Below, in pieces: positions 1 through 9,943 of a stretch of 35,913 nucleotides of DNA (the first letter of the stretch is position 1; each line of letters begins with the position of its first letter). This DNA is from a virus (lineage: Duplodnaviria; Caudoviricetes), in IMG/VR virus record IMGVR_UViG_3300025687_000146, positions 1-35,913 of that record. One strand, written 5' to 3'. The position numbers and the translations under genes are program-made. The notes beneath the pieces were generated by a model. The model did not search any database, was not told where the DNA came from, and was given only the letters and a program-made list of their open reading frames with translations.

Positions 1-1
1 A

Positions 2-334
2 AGCGCAGTATTCGGTGACTTGTTAGACTTATTAACAGCTAAGATTGGTTACTTACAAAGTGCACAACAAGTATTCTGGGGATTCTCAGCTATCTTATTG
101 AACACTATGGTAGGACAAATACCTATTGTACCTAGTATGTACATGACTAACACTGCTAACGCAAAACAATTGTTCTTCTTAGACATGAGTGTTATCGAAA
201 TGAGAGTTTTACAAGACTTGACTTACGAAAAACTTGCTAAGACTAACGACAGCGAAAAGTTTATGTTGAAAATCTATGAAGCTTTAATTAACAGAGCTCC
301 AAGTTTCAGTTCATTCATCGATAACATCGCTTAG
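2..334 (+). CDS. Major capsid protein, C-terminal part (HK97 fold, SU10/DUF5309-like), 5' truncated
   Basis: Frame is open from position 2. The C-terminal 'TYEKLAKTNDSEKFMLKIYEAL' resembles the ExLAKTGDSxK end of SU10-like MCPs, and the gene lies upstream of decoration/neck genes. Confidence 0.75.
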   Translation, partial: SAVFGDLLDLLTAKIGYLQSAQQVFWGFSAILLNTMVGQIPIVPSMYMTNTANAKQLFFLDMSVIEMRVLQDLTYEKLAKTNDSEKFMLKIYEALINRAPSFSSFIDNIA

Positions 335-346
335 AGGTGTTAGAGA

Positions 347-619
347 ATGGCAGCAACAACAACAAAACTTGTAGCAGTACCTTTATATCCTGTTGGTGGA
401 AACACTAACGGTGGATATATTTTAGGATATGTAGATAGTGGAGCTAAAGCAGCACAAAACGATATTTGGGAAATAACAAATGCTTCCTCAGTATTGTTAG
501 CTTGGCCTACTTTAGACGCAACGGGAGCAGCTGAGACTCACACAATAGCTACCAATAAAATCACCTTAACAGGTGCTACTGGTACAGCTTGTAGTGGCTT
601 AGTATTGTTCAAACCATAA
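347..619 (+). CDS. Putative capsid decoration / minor virion protein
   Basis: Small A/T/G-rich, beta-type protein right after the MCP, with SD GAGGTG at 335-340. Confidence 0.5.
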   Translation: MAATTTKLVAVPLYPVGGNTNGGYILGYVDSGAKAAQNDIWEITNASSVLLAWPTLDATGAAETHTIATNKITLTGATGTACSGLVLFKP

Positions 620-644
620 AAATAAAATAAGGAGATAAAACAAA

Positions 645-971
645 ATGGCAGCATACGGAGGAACAACAAGTTCTATTGAAGGAAGCCCAGCATTAGGAGT
701 TAAAAGAGTATTCTTTTACACTCAAGACGACGCTGACGCAACCAACACTATAGCAATAACATTAGCTAACTACGGTATTCACCCAAGTGGATTACTAGCA
801 GTTAATAGTTGGGTACACACTACAAACAGCAGTGTTATAACAACTGAAGCTAATACTACAGCTGTTAGTTCAGGAGTATTAACAGTTACTATCGCAGCAG
901 GAACAGATAATGATGCAAGAGTAATTGAAGTAATAGGTCTAGCGACTCAACCTGACTTAACAAGCGCATAA
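645..971 (+). CDS. Putative capsid decoration / minor virion protein
   Basis: Thr/Ala/Ser-rich composition, AGGAG SD, head-gene context. Confidence 0.5.
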   Translation: MAAYGGTTSSIEGSPALGVKRVFFYTQDDADATNTIAITLANYGIHPSGLLAVNSWVHTTNSSVITTEANTTAVSSGVLTVTIAAGTDNDARVIEVIGLATQPDLTSA

Positions 972-1004
972 GGACTAATAATCCTTAACTTTTTTATTTT
1001 TTTT
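969..1004 (+). terminator. Hairpin plus oligo-T terminator after the capsid genes
   Basis: TAAGGA (969-974) and TCCTTA (982-987) form a stem, followed by a T-run at 990-1004. Confidence 0.6.
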
Positions 1005-1036
1005 ATTATATAATCCAATGGAGGAAAAAAAAGAAA

Positions 1037-1225
1037 ATGGTAATGAGAGCAACAATGGTAAAGAAAAAACCTAAACTACCTAAAGGAGTTAAGAAAGTAG
1101 TTGTAGAAGACGAACCTGATACTCAAGTGGTTAAACTTACTAAAGAAGAACCTAAACAAAAAAAGGAATTAAAACCAGTAAGGTATAAAGACGAACAAGG
1201 TAAATACGCCTGGAAGTACGAATAA
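1037..1225 (+). CDS. Small Lys-rich hypothetical protein
   Basis: GGAGG SD; stop overlaps the next start (TAATG). Confidence 0.6.
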   Translation: MVMRATMVKKKPKLPKGVKKVVVEDEPDTQVVKLTKEEPKQKKELKPVRYKDEQGKYAWKYE

Positions 1226-1593
1226 TGAAGAACGTAATATTATCAGGAACTACAGCAGCTGATGGTTCACTAACAGTGACATCAAGCGACGGTGGAGCAA
1301 CCGGATTTATAGAAAAAATCGTTTATGATTATCAAGACGCAGATACAGGAGCTGACTTAACAATAACAGGAGTTGAAGCAGGAGTAAGCATACCTTTATT
1401 AACAGTTACTAACGCAGGAACTGCTGATGTAACATGGTTTCCTAGAACATTAGCTAATAAAGTAGCTGACGCAAGCGCTTTTACTGATGTAGCAGAAAAA
1501 ATCTTTGTGGCAGAAGCAGAATTTAAAGTAGTAGTTGCGCAAGGTGGTAATGCTAAAGACATAAAATTAGTAGTGTATTTGAGTGACGAATAA
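1225..1593 (+). CDS. Hypothetical virion protein
   Basis: Beta-rich composition; translationally coupled to the adaptor gene. Confidence 0.55.
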   Translation: MKNVILSGTTAADGSLTVTSSDGGATGFIEKIVYDYQDADTGADLTITGVEAGVSIPLLTVTNAGTADVTWFPRTLANKVADASAFTDVAEKIFVAEAEFKVVVAQGGNAKDIKLVVYLSDE

Positions 1594-2429
1594 TGGGATA
1601 TTGCACTAGCGCTGATGTTTACAGAATAGCAGGAATAGGAACAGACCAAGTTAGTGAAGCTAACGTAAATAGTTTCATTGCTGCAGCAACAGCAGAAGTA
1701 GACAGGTACACAGGAACTATATGGTTATTCGACGCAGAAAGTGACATGACAGGTAATCCAACAAGTGCAACAAATACGTCACTAACAGATAGCGGTCAAT
1801 CTTGGACTGTAGACGAGTTCAATAATGATTACGCAGTATATATTAGTAGTGGAACAGGAAGCGGACAAATAAGACAAATAACAGATAATGACGAAACAAG
1901 CATAACAGTAAGTACGTGGACCGTTAATCCTGATACTGACAGTGTTTACGAAATATTTTATTCACCATTAGTAAGTGATACAGTAGACGGTAGCGGAAAT
2001 GATACAATGTTCGTTAAGAAACATCCATTATTTAGTTTATCAAGTTTAACAATTGCAGAAACAAGTATAACAACAAGTAATGTATACCAATATGATACTC
2101 AAGGAAAACTCGTATTAAGTAAAGACGCAGAAATGCAATACTTTAGTAATAGTTATCCGCAACAAGTAACAATGAGTTATTATTACGGAGTAAGACCTGA
2201 CAGTAGGTATAAAAGTTTAATTAAGGATTTCACAGCAAGTATTACAGCAATGATGGCTTTAGTTCACCAAATAGGTGGAACATTTGATGACGTAACAAGT
2301 TATTCATTCCCAGAATTTAATGCTAGTAAAGGAGAACCATACACTAACATTAGAGAAGCATGGTTAAAGACTGAAACGAGAATGAGAACTTTAAGACCAT
2401 TAATACCGAGGTACGTACAAATTGGTTAA
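1593..2429 (+). CDS. Head-tail adaptor (gp6/gp15-like) with an inserted beta domain
   Basis: N-terminal 'YCTSADV...FIAAATAEVDRYTG' is typical of connector proteins. There is an internal Thr/Ser-rich insert (TSATNTSLTDSG...GTGSGQIRQIT). Confidence 0.7.
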   Translation: MGYCTSADVYRIAGIGTDQVSEANVNSFIAAATAEVDRYTGTIWLFDAESDMTGNPTSATNTSLTDSGQSWTVDEFNNDYAVYISSGTGSGQIRQITDNDETSITVSTWTVNPDTDSVYEIFYSPLVSDTVDGSGNDTMFVKKHPLFSLSSLTIAETSITTSNVYQYDTQGKLVLSKDAEMQYFSNSYPQQVTMSYYYGVRPDSRYKSLIKDFTASITAMMALVHQIGGTFDDVTSYSFPEFNASKGEPYTNIREAWLKTETRMRTLRPLIPRYVQIG

Positions 2430-2793
2430 TGCAGGAATTAAGTCTCCAGACGATTTTAATAATATTCCTTTCGAGGACTGGAAACAAACAGTTAGTAGAA
2501 CGGCAGTTACTAAAACTACTGATATTTATGGTGATGAAACGTTAACTAATGGTTCTTCGGCTAATATTGAAGCAATATTTTTTGAAGTACCACGTAATAA
2601 TGATTTATGGAATCGTTTTGGTCTAGTAGGTGGAGCGGACGGAATTATTTATGTTAAGACCACTCAAACGCTTAATAAGGATGATACCATAACCGTTAAT
2701 AGTAAAACTTATCGTTGTGATAAAGTAACTACTAGAAGGCCTGGAGGAGTTGCTATGTATAAAGTAGCACCTGTATTTTTAGTGAATGAATAA
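2422..2793 (+). CDS. Putative head-closure protein
   Basis: Size and position after the adaptor; 'TTDIYGDET' and 'DTITVNSKTY' resemble head-closure proteins; TTG start. Confidence 0.6.
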   Translation: MVNAGIKSPDDFNNIPFEDWKQTVSRTAVTKTTDIYGDETLTNGSSANIEAIFFEVPRNNDLWNRFGLVGGADGIIYVKTTQTLNKDDTITVNSKTYRCDKVTTRRPGGVAMYKVAPVFLVNE

Positions 2794-2813
2794 TTACATT
2801 TATAAAGATATAA
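2789..2813 (+). promoter_or_regulatory. Late-promoter-like motif AATAATTACATTTATAAAGATATAA (copy 1)
   Basis: Identical 25-mer at 30073-30097; contains TATA-like TTTATAAA; sits at a gene junction. Confidence 0.6.
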
Positions 2814-2820
2814 AACTAAA

Positions 2821-3207
2821 ATGAAAGTAGAAGCGAACCAACTAAACAAAGACTTAAGACAACAACTTTGGTTAGTAGGTAATGACCTGACTAACTTAAT
2901 GGTTAGGCGTGCTCCAGTCGATACTGGAGGACTAAAAAACAGTATAAGATTCGAAGTTAAAGAAAACGGAGACATAGAATTTTATATGATGGATTACGCT
3001 CCACATGTAGAATACGGAACTAAACCACACAAGATAAGAGTAAAAAACAAGAAAGTGTTAAGTGACGGGAAAAGAATCTTCGGAACAGAAGTAAATCATC
3101 CAGGAACAACAGCACAACCATTCATAAGACCAAGCTTACACCAACTAAGCAAAATCTTAAAAGACCGCCTTGATGGTGCGGAGATAACCGTCAAAGTTAA
3201 CAAGTAA
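2821..3207 (+). CDS. HK97 gp10-like tail completion / neck protein
   Basis: Motifs APVDTGGLKNSI, YAPHVEYGT and HPGTTAQPFIRP. Confidence 0.85.
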   Translation: MKVEANQLNKDLRQQLWLVGNDLTNLMVRRAPVDTGGLKNSIRFEVKENGDIEFYMMDYAPHVEYGTKPHKIRVKNKKVLSDGKRIFGTEVNHPGTTAQPFIRPSLHQLSKILKDRLDGAEITVKVNK

Positions 3208-3229
3208 CTGAAACTTGTAAGGAGAAGAT

Positions 3230-3868
3230 ATGACAGCATACAACCTGAACGAAATAGAATTTGCGATAATAAACGATTTACGACATAATATTACAGACCC
3301 ATTAAGTAGAGGGAGTAGCGGATTAAGCACTCAAAATGGAGACGATGCAGAAACAGATTTTACAATACCAGCATCAAAAAGTCTTTCAATAACAGTTGAC
3401 GGAACACTACAAAAATACGGCGTTGATTATACTATTAATTCTGCGGGAACAACAATAAGTTTTGTTACAGCACCACCTACAGGAACTAATAATGTCGTAA
3501 TAAGTTATAAGTACGGAACTACATGGATATATCCAGATTTTAATAAACAAAACATACAAATAAGTGACTTCCCAAGAATAAGCTGCAACGTAATAAGCAG
3601 TAGTACTCAACCTAACGCAATAGGAGGAGCAAACTTTAGAACATCACTATTATTAAGTATAACAATAGCTAGTAAAACAAGACAAGAAATAAATTCATTA
3701 ATGAACAGTATAAGAGAAAGATTACTAGCACAAGCAAAAAATTACGGTCTATTTGTAATCATAGAACCAAGTGCAGAAAGCGCAATACAAAACAGTAATT
3801 TGCACGACAAAATATTACAAAGAACAATCGATTTCATAATACCATACAAGTTCGAGGTAGTATCATGA
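3230..3868 (+). CDS. Putative tail terminator with an inserted Ig-like domain
   Basis: Lies just before the tail tube; 'FPRIS' terminator-like segment; insert GDDAETDFTI...GVDYTI...TISFVTAPPTG. Confidence 0.6.
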   Translation: MTAYNLNEIEFAIINDLRHNITDPLSRGSSGLSTQNGDDAETDFTIPASKSLSITVDGTLQKYGVDYTINSAGTTISFVTAPPTGTNNVVISYKYGTTWIYPDFNKQNIQISDFPRISCNVISSSTQPNAIGGANFRTSLLLSITIASKTRQEINSLMNSIRERLLAQAKNYGLFVIIEPSAESAIQNSNLHDKILQRTIDFIIPYKFEVVS

Positions 3869-3890
3869 AATCAATGGAGGAACAAATAAA

Positions 3891-4832
3891 ATGAGCAATC
3901 CAAGCACATTAGGATATTTATTAATAGGAAAAGAAACCACGTGGGGAACACCAGTAACAGCAGACAAAGACTGTGGATTACTCATAACAAGTGTTACTCC
4001 TGGGTTCGAAAGAGAAATAGTTAGTACACAAGGATTAAGCAGTATTGAAGTACAAAAAATTACTAGCGGAACCGTTGGTAGTAAACTATCATTGACAGGA
4101 AGTTTGCAACACGCAAGATTGTTTGATTACATTCTTGGAGAAGCAAGTCACGCATTAACTGGAAGTGATACTAAACACACTTTCACTATTGATAACGCAC
4201 CAGTTAGTATGACTGGAGAGACTGGAATAAACGCAAGTACAGATATTGTTTCTAAACTTGATGGTTTATTATGTGAGAGTGCAGAAGTAAACGTAGGATT
4301 AAATAAGGACTTAACTATATCAAGTAATTGGTTAGGAGCAGGTTTAACAAATAGCGCAAGCGCTAGCAGTAGTGTAATAAGTACTTTACCAGTATTCCCT
4401 CAAGCACTATGTAACGTAGAAGTTAATGGAGTAGCAGCAACAGAAGTTCAAAGCGCAACAATAAGTATTAATAAAGTAATTAATAGAGTAGCAGGAACAG
4501 GAAGCGTAGACTACCAACAAGGACACGCAACAAGCATAAAATTCTCATTCAGTGCAACACTGGGATTCAGTGACAAAACTTACCATGATTTATTAATGGG
4601 AGGAACAACACCAGACGGTACGCCAACAGCATTCGATTTCGAAATTTTATGCGATAACGGAGTAACACTAGGAAGTGGAAGAAGAGAGTTCGTACTAGGA
4701 TTACAAAATTGTATGGGTAGTTGGGACCAAGCAATGGAAGTAGAAGGAATAATATTCGTGGAAATAAGCGGAGAAGGAACATTCAAAGAATGCTATAGCG
4801 TAGATAACATCGCAGCAGCATCGTGGGGTTAA
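3891..4832 (+). CDS. Major tail tube protein
   Basis: N-terminal 'LIGKETTWGT' motif, about 310 aa, followed by chaperone and TMP genes; GGAGG SD. Confidence 0.8.
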   Translation: MSNPSTLGYLLIGKETTWGTPVTADKDCGLLITSVTPGFEREIVSTQGLSSIEVQKITSGTVGSKLSLTGSLQHARLFDYILGEASHALTGSDTKHTFTIDNAPVSMTGETGINASTDIVSKLDGLLCESAEVNVGLNKDLTISSNWLGAGLTNSASASSSVISTLPVFPQALCNVEVNGVAATEVQSATISINKVINRVAGTGSVDYQQGHATSIKFSFSATLGFSDKTYHDLLMGGTTPDGTPTAFDFEILCDNGVTLGSGRREFVLGLQNCMGSWDQAMEVEGIIFVEISGEGTFKECYSVDNIAAASWG

Positions 4833-4834
4833 AA

Positions 4835-5149
4835 ATGGTTAAAGAAGTAACAGTACAAAAAGACGGTAAGGAAACAATAATAAAATGTTTACCACCAAAA
4901 GGTAGAGATACAAAGAAAGGTCTTAAAATGTTAATGAAGGCACAGAGTTCAGAAGAAGCTGAAGCTGGTGAAAGAATGAACGAGTACTTAGACTTCTTGG
5001 ACGAAATGGCCTCACGATACACAGGACTAAGTATCGAAGAACTAGATGACTTAACAAGTGAAGACAAGGACAAAATATTATTAGTTTATCAAGACGGAGT
5101 AGCGAGTAAGATAGATTTTTTGAGGTCCTCGTTGAAGCGAGTAAGTTAA
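4835..5149 (+). CDS. Tail assembly chaperone (gpG-like)
   Basis: ATG at 4835; lies between tube and TMP; 'LSIEELDDL' segment; slippery site near the 3' end. Confidence 0.75.
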   Translation: MVKEVTVQKDGKETIIKCLPPKGRDTKKGLKMLMKAQSSEEAEAGERMNEYLDFLDEMASRYTGLSIEELDDLTSEDKDKILLVYQDGVASKIDFLRSSLKRVS

Positions 5150-5370
5150 TCGCAGAAAACAAAACTGGAATAGTTGAACTATTAATTCAACGAGGAAAAC
5201 CGTGGGAGAAACATTCCGCAGACCTTATTGAAGCGTTTGACTATTATGGTTTTGCGCAACAATTCGGATGGACTGATAAACAAGTAGATGAACTAAAAAA
5301 TGAAAGACCAGAAAAGTATAACATGTATAAAGCAATACTTCAAGGAACTGGTAAGGCAGAAAAAAAATAA
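4835..5370 (+). CDS. Tail assembly chaperone, -1 frameshift product (gpGT-like)
   Basis: T TTT TTG at 5116-5122. The -1 frame is open to TAA 5368-5370, has no usable ATG of its own, and encodes 'FGWTDKQVDEL'. Confidence 0.7.
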
Positions 5371-5382
5371 TGGTGAATAATA

Positions 5383-6372
5383 ATGGCAACTGATGTATTA
5401 ACAGCAAAAATAAAGTTTGACATGGGACAATTGTCAGGTGAAGCAGGAGGAGATAGTGGACCTGCAACAGCTGGTGGAGGAACTACTGGTGGTAATACTG
5501 GTAAGAAGTCTTTAGGAAAACTTGGTGGAATACTTGCGGGTATTACTGGTATTGCGGGTATATTATTAGCTATGAAACCTATTGCTGATTTATTAAAACT
5601 AATTATTAATTTTGCTGTATTCGGTATTATAGTAATACTTAAAGGAGTATGGGAAGTTCTTAAAGGTGCTTGGCAAGGCATACTAAATCTTTGGGAGATA
5701 CTTAAAGGGTTATGGGATTCATTAGTAGAATGGTTCAATAACTTAATAAATACGATTAAAGAATGGTGGGATAAAGCAATTACTTGGATTAAAGAATTAC
5801 CAGGAAAAATATGGGAAGCAATAAAACAAGGATGGGACTGGGTAGTTAACGCATTAAATATAGCAATAGAATGGTTAGCAGGACTAGCAGAAAGTATATG
5901 GAATTATATTAAGCAAGGATGGAATTGGGTAATAGAAAAATTACAAGAAGGCTGGGACAAAATAATTGAACTAAAAGATACTTTTGTTGGATGGTTAGGA
6001 AAAGCAGTAGATTGGATTAAAGCACTACCGGAAGATATTTGGAGCTTAATGAGGCAAGGTTTTGATTGGGTTAAGGATAAACTACAAAGTGTTTGGGATA
6101 GTATAAAAGGATTAGCGTCATCAATAGGAAGAGCAATAAAGAACGCTTTACCTGACTGGTTAGGCGGAGAAGACGTTAATGATGCGATAGTAACCAGTGA
6201 TGGAAGAGTGCTAAAAACAAATCCTAACGATACAATAATAGCAACACAAAATCCTGGAGGACTTGGCGGTGGAGGAAAAATATTCAATTTCTATGGAGTA
6301 ACACCACAAGAAATGATGGACGTAATAAAAAAAGAATTAGCTGACGGAGTTAATATGACAAGCAGGTTTTAG
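5383..6372 (+). CDS. Tape measure protein (unusually short)
   Basis: Periodic Trp-containing amphipathic repeats (IWEAIKQGWDWV, IWNYIKQGWNWV), hydrophobic segments, position after the chaperone. Confidence 0.8.
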   Translation: MATDVLTAKIKFDMGQLSGEAGGDSGPATAGGGTTGGNTGKKSLGKLGGILAGITGIAGILLAMKPIADLLKLIINFAVFGIIVILKGVWEVLKGAWQGILNLWEILKGLWDSLVEWFNNLINTIKEWWDKAITWIKELPGKIWEAIKQGWDWVVNALNIAIEWLAGLAESIWNYIKQGWNWVIEKLQEGWDKIIELKDTFVGWLGKAVDWIKALPEDIWSLMRQGFDWVKDKLQSVWDSIKGLASSIGRAIKNALPDWLGGEDVNDAIVTSDGRVLKTNPNDTIIATQNPGGLGGGGKIFNFYGVTPQEMMDVIKKELADGVNMTSRF

Positions 6373-6374
6373 AA

Positions 6375-6812
6375 ATGGTAGATGTAATAATAACAAATGA
6401 TAAAGACGATTTACAATTCAATTTTAAGGTAGCAAATAGTTTTAAGAACAAAAAATATCAACCAAGTATTGACGTACCTTTTATTGGAGCAAGTGCTGCT
6501 AATAGATTAATATTTAAGTTTACCGGACAAGCTCAAGATTACAGTTTTCCATTCGTATTATACGATGATGGAGTAGCAGTAGATAATAGTACTCATACAA
6601 GTCCAGTAATTACTTTAAGCGACCAAATAACTTATTTAATGGAAACCTTTTTTGTTTCGGACTTTGACGCAGAATACACAATAACCGTTAGTAGTGAAGG
6701 AATAAGCGCTACAGGAACAATAGAAAGCATAGAATTAGACACACCTACTGGTGGAAATATAAGAACAGGAACCTTAACGTTTAAGAGGGGAAGTTTGGTG
6801 GGACCAATATGA
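6375..6812 (+). CDS. Putative distal tail protein
   Basis: Position immediately after the TMP; 145 aa, beta-rich. Confidence 0.55.
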   Translation: MVDVIITNDKDDLQFNFKVANSFKNKKYQPSIDVPFIGASAANRLIFKFTGQAQDYSFPFVLYDDGVAVDNSTHTSPVITLSDQITYLMETFFVSDFDAEYTITVSSEGISATGTIESIELDTPTGGNIRTGTLTFKRGSLVGPI

Positions 6813-8803
6813 GTGAATACTTGAGAGTATTTATCGGAGCAACAGAATTAACTTACTCCACCATTGAAATAAATGAGTCTGACGATTACATTATTGACAG
6901 CGCAAAAATAGCTGTTAAAGGAGTTACTGACGTTATTCCTGGAGCAGTAGTAGACATTACTAAAGCTGACGGAACAACAAGTGTTTTTGCTGGAAGAGTT
7001 AATAGCATAGACAAAAGCACTACTTGGACAATAAATATTTTAGGTAATGGTTACGAACTAAATAATTTATTAATTCAAACGGTTTGGGAAAACATGAGTC
7101 CTGAAGAAATTATTGAGGACGTAGTAGATACTTATACTGTTAATCTTACTTATTCAGGAACGAGTAGTTCAGGAGTTACAATAACAAAATATATCGGTAA
7201 CGCTTACGCAATAGATATTATTAAAGACATGCTTGACGTTTTAGATTGGAGCATGACTATAGATTCTAACGATAATGTAGACGTATTCCCTAAAGAAACA
7301 ATTAATAACGGAGCAGTATTCACTAATGGTGATAATGTTAATCTTAGTAATTGGAAAGAAGACAATAATAATTTAATTAATAGAGTAGCTATTATTGGTG
7401 GTTTCGAAAGTTTTAACTTAACAGAAACAGTTGCTGGAACAGGAACAACTTTTTCTTTATCAAAAAAACCACAAGGTAGTATGAGAGCTACTGTTAGCGG
7501 AACTGTTATAGACCCTAGTTTGTATACTGTTAATGCAGACGATAAAGAAATAGTTTTTACTAGTTCAAGAACTAATCCTGTATTTACTTATTCTTATAGT
7601 CGTCCAGTAATTGCTGAAGACCAAGACGATGACAGTATTAATACTTACGGAGAAATATATAAAAGAATACCTGCTCCTTGGTTAACAACAACTAGTGAAG
7701 CTAGAAAGTACGCGGCAGGAGTTATTGAAGCGAGTAGTGAACCACTCAAAAGTGTTAAAGCAATTAGGGGCGGAATAAATTATGATGTAGCACTAGGAGA
7801 AACCGTTAGAGTAATAGATAATGTTAGGGGACAGAATTTATTAATGGTAGTTCAATCAATAACTAAAACTGGTCAAGGAAGCACGATTTATACTTTAGGC
7901 AGTGAAACAATGTTTTTTAATGAGTGGCAAAGAGAAGTTCAAGAACGTATTAAAAAGATTGAGCGACGTTTTAGTAATCAGGAAGATATTGTTTTTAGTA
8001 AAAGACTTAAACATAATATGAAAGTTAATCTTACTCCTGTTACTACGTGGGAACAAGCGAGTCCACAAGATACTTTTTGGTTAAACCATGCTACATTAGG
8101 ACAACTAGGAACAGTAGTTAATGGACATATAGAAAATTTTGAAGCCGATTGTAGTAATAATAGTAATTACGGAACATGGTATGGTACAGGAATAGATGGT
8201 AGTCAGTTCTTGTCTAGTGGTAAAAGACTTAGTTGTGGTTCTTTTAATGGAATAAGTAGATATGTTGTTGCTCAATCAAATCTTGGAGATTTAAGTGGCG
8301 CAGGTAGTATTTGTGCTTGGGTAAATACTAATTCTACAACTCAGAGAATAATAGCTGCTAACATATTTGGAGCAAATAGTAAATTAATATTAGGAATTAA
8401 TTCTGCAACATTTATAGGCACAAGATATGATGGTAGTACAAATGCAGTGAGCAGTAGTGCACTTACTACTAATACTTGGTATCATGTTGCTTTTACAAGC
8501 GACGGAGTAACTGAAAACATATATATTAACGGAGTATTAGATAACGCAGGAACTAGTACTTTATCAATAACGGCAACAAGTAATTTATTTACTGTAGGAA
8601 GAAACGAAAACGGAAGTAATTATTTTAATGGAGAACTAGACGAAGTAATGGTTTTTGATAAAGCAATAAGCCAATCAACAATACAAGATATAATAGCAAA
8701 TAATTTTTATACTAATCATTCAGATTATGGAAATTGTTTATGCTGGTATAGTTTTGATAATCCCAGACTTGGAATAAGAATGGGAACGAGGACAACAATA
8801 TGA
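6809..8803 (+). CDS. Tail hub / baseplate protein with a C-terminal LamG (ConA-like) domain
   Basis: Hub-like 'DDDSINTYGE' and 'LINRVAIIG'; LamG motifs SICAWV, NTWYHVAFT, IYING and YFNGELDEVMVFDKA. Confidence 0.75.
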   Translation: MSEYLRVFIGATELTYSTIEINESDDYIIDSAKIAVKGVTDVIPGAVVDITKADGTTSVFAGRVNSIDKSTTWTINILGNGYELNNLLIQTVWENMSPEEIIEDVVDTYTVNLTYSGTSSSGVTITKYIGNAYAIDIIKDMLDVLDWSMTIDSNDNVDVFPKETINNGAVFTNGDNVNLSNWKEDNNNLINRVAIIGGFESFNLTETVAGTGTTFSLSKKPQGSMRATVSGTVIDPSLYTVNADDKEIVFTSSRTNPVFTYSYSRPVIAEDQDDDSINTYGEIYKRIPAPWLTTTSEARKYAAGVIEASSEPLKSVKAIRGGINYDVALGETVRVIDNVRGQNLLMVVQSITKTGQGSTIYTLGSETMFFNEWQREVQERIKKIERRFSNQEDIVFSKRLKHNMKVNLTPVTTWEQASPQDTFWLNHATLGQLGTVVNGHIENFEADCSNNSNYGTWYGTGIDGSQFLSSGKRLSCGSFNGISRYVVAQSNLGDLSGAGSICAWVNTNSTTQRIIAANIFGANSKLILGINSATFIGTRYDGSTNAVSSSALTTNTWYHVAFTSDGVTENIYINGVLDNAGTSTLSITATSNLFTVGRNENGSNYFNGELDEVMVFDKAISQSTIQDIIANNFYTNHSDYGNCLCWYSFDNPRLGIRMGTRTTI

Positions 8804-9171
8804 CATTATTACAAGGATTATTCGACCAAATAATCAGTGACACAAAAACGGACATGGAAACCTATATGCTTTACGGTAATATAGGAACAGACAATACAAC
8901 AGCAACCAGTAGTGATACTGCATTAGGAACAGAAGTATTCAGGACTCCTATACAAGAATTTGATAGTAGTGCACCAGCAGCAGTGACTATAAGTGTAGAA
9001 ATAGGAGCAGGAGACGCTAACGGAAATACAATACAAGAAGCAGGAATAAATGATACAGCAGTAAGTGGCGGAACGCAATATACAAGAAACGTAGTTAATC
9101 CAATAGGAAAAACAAGCGATATAGTATTATATTTAGATACAACAATAAGTATTGAGGTGGTAGAAGTATGA
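8800..9171 (+). CDS. Putative tail tip / fibre attachment protein
   Basis: 'GTDNT...DTALGTEVFR...IQEAG' pattern, typical of baseplate and fibre N-terminal domains. Confidence 0.55.
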   Translation: MTLLQGLFDQIISDTKTDMETYMLYGNIGTDNTTATSSDTALGTEVFRTPIQEFDSSAPAAVTISVEIGAGDANGNTIQEAGINDTAVSGGTQYTRNVVNPIGKTSDIVLYLDTTISIEVVEV

Positions 9172-9374
9172 GTAGCGAAACAATATTTAACGAAATAATT
9201 ACCTTAATAAATGAAATACACAATATAAGACCTAACATGAAATTCGGAAGAATACTACAATTAAGTATAGACTATCATAAAAGAAAAAAGAATTTAGACT
9301 TAACACAAGTAAGCAGTAAAGAATTAATGACAGGACTAAAATTGTTTAAAGACAAATTGGAGAGTGAACAATAA
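9168..9374 (+). CDS. Hypothetical protein
   Basis: GAGGTGG SD; overlapping start/stop with both neighbours. Confidence 0.6.
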   Translation: MSSETIFNEIITLINEIHNIRPNMKFGRILQLSIDYHKRKKNLDLTQVSSKELMTGLKLFKDKLESEQ

Positions 9375-9943
9375 TGGCATTTACAGTAACAAAAACGTGG
9401 ACGGCAGAAGGTTTAGATTATGCTGACCTTAATCAAAACTTTACTGACGTAGAAACAGAAATAGATAGTATAGAAGCAATACAAGCAGCACAAGGATACC
9501 TAAAATATCAAGACTTAACATCTGGTAGTGTCGGAAACGTTAGTAGTGGAACTTATAAAACAGTAAGTATAACTCCAGCAATGTGGGACCAAAGAAGTTT
9601 ACGAGTTAAATTAGCTATGGATTACGTTACTAGCGGAGGAGGAACTAGGTCTTCGCAAATGGTGTTCGGAGGAACAAGTATAACATTGGCTAGTGGTGGG
9701 AGCTCAACTATTGCTGATAGGTATTATGAAGTAGAATTTTTTAAGACACAAGCAAGTGATGGTTCACAAACCATAGCTTACAGATTATGGAACAGTTCAG
9801 GGACCGGTTTTACTAGCGCAGGAGAAATATCAAGTTTTGACACTAGCGCCAGTAATAATTTAACAATAACTTACACAAGCAGCTTTACTGGAGGAAGCGC
9901 TAGTAGCAGCGTATTATGGATTGAGGTAGTATCGAGAGAATGA
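9374..9943 (+). CDS. Putative tail fibre / receptor-binding protein
   Basis: N-terminal 'YADLNQNF' anchor-like motif and a Ser/Thr/Gly-rich beta C-terminus. Confidence 0.55.
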   Translation: MAFTVTKTWTAEGLDYADLNQNFTDVETEIDSIEAIQAAQGYLKYQDLTSGSVGNVSSGTYKTVSITPAMWDQRSLRVKLAMDYVTSGGGTRSSQMVFGGTSITLASGGSSTIADRYYEVEFFKTQASDGSQTIAYRLWNSSGTGFTSAGEISSFDTSASNNLTITYTSSFTGGSASSSVLWIEVVSRE

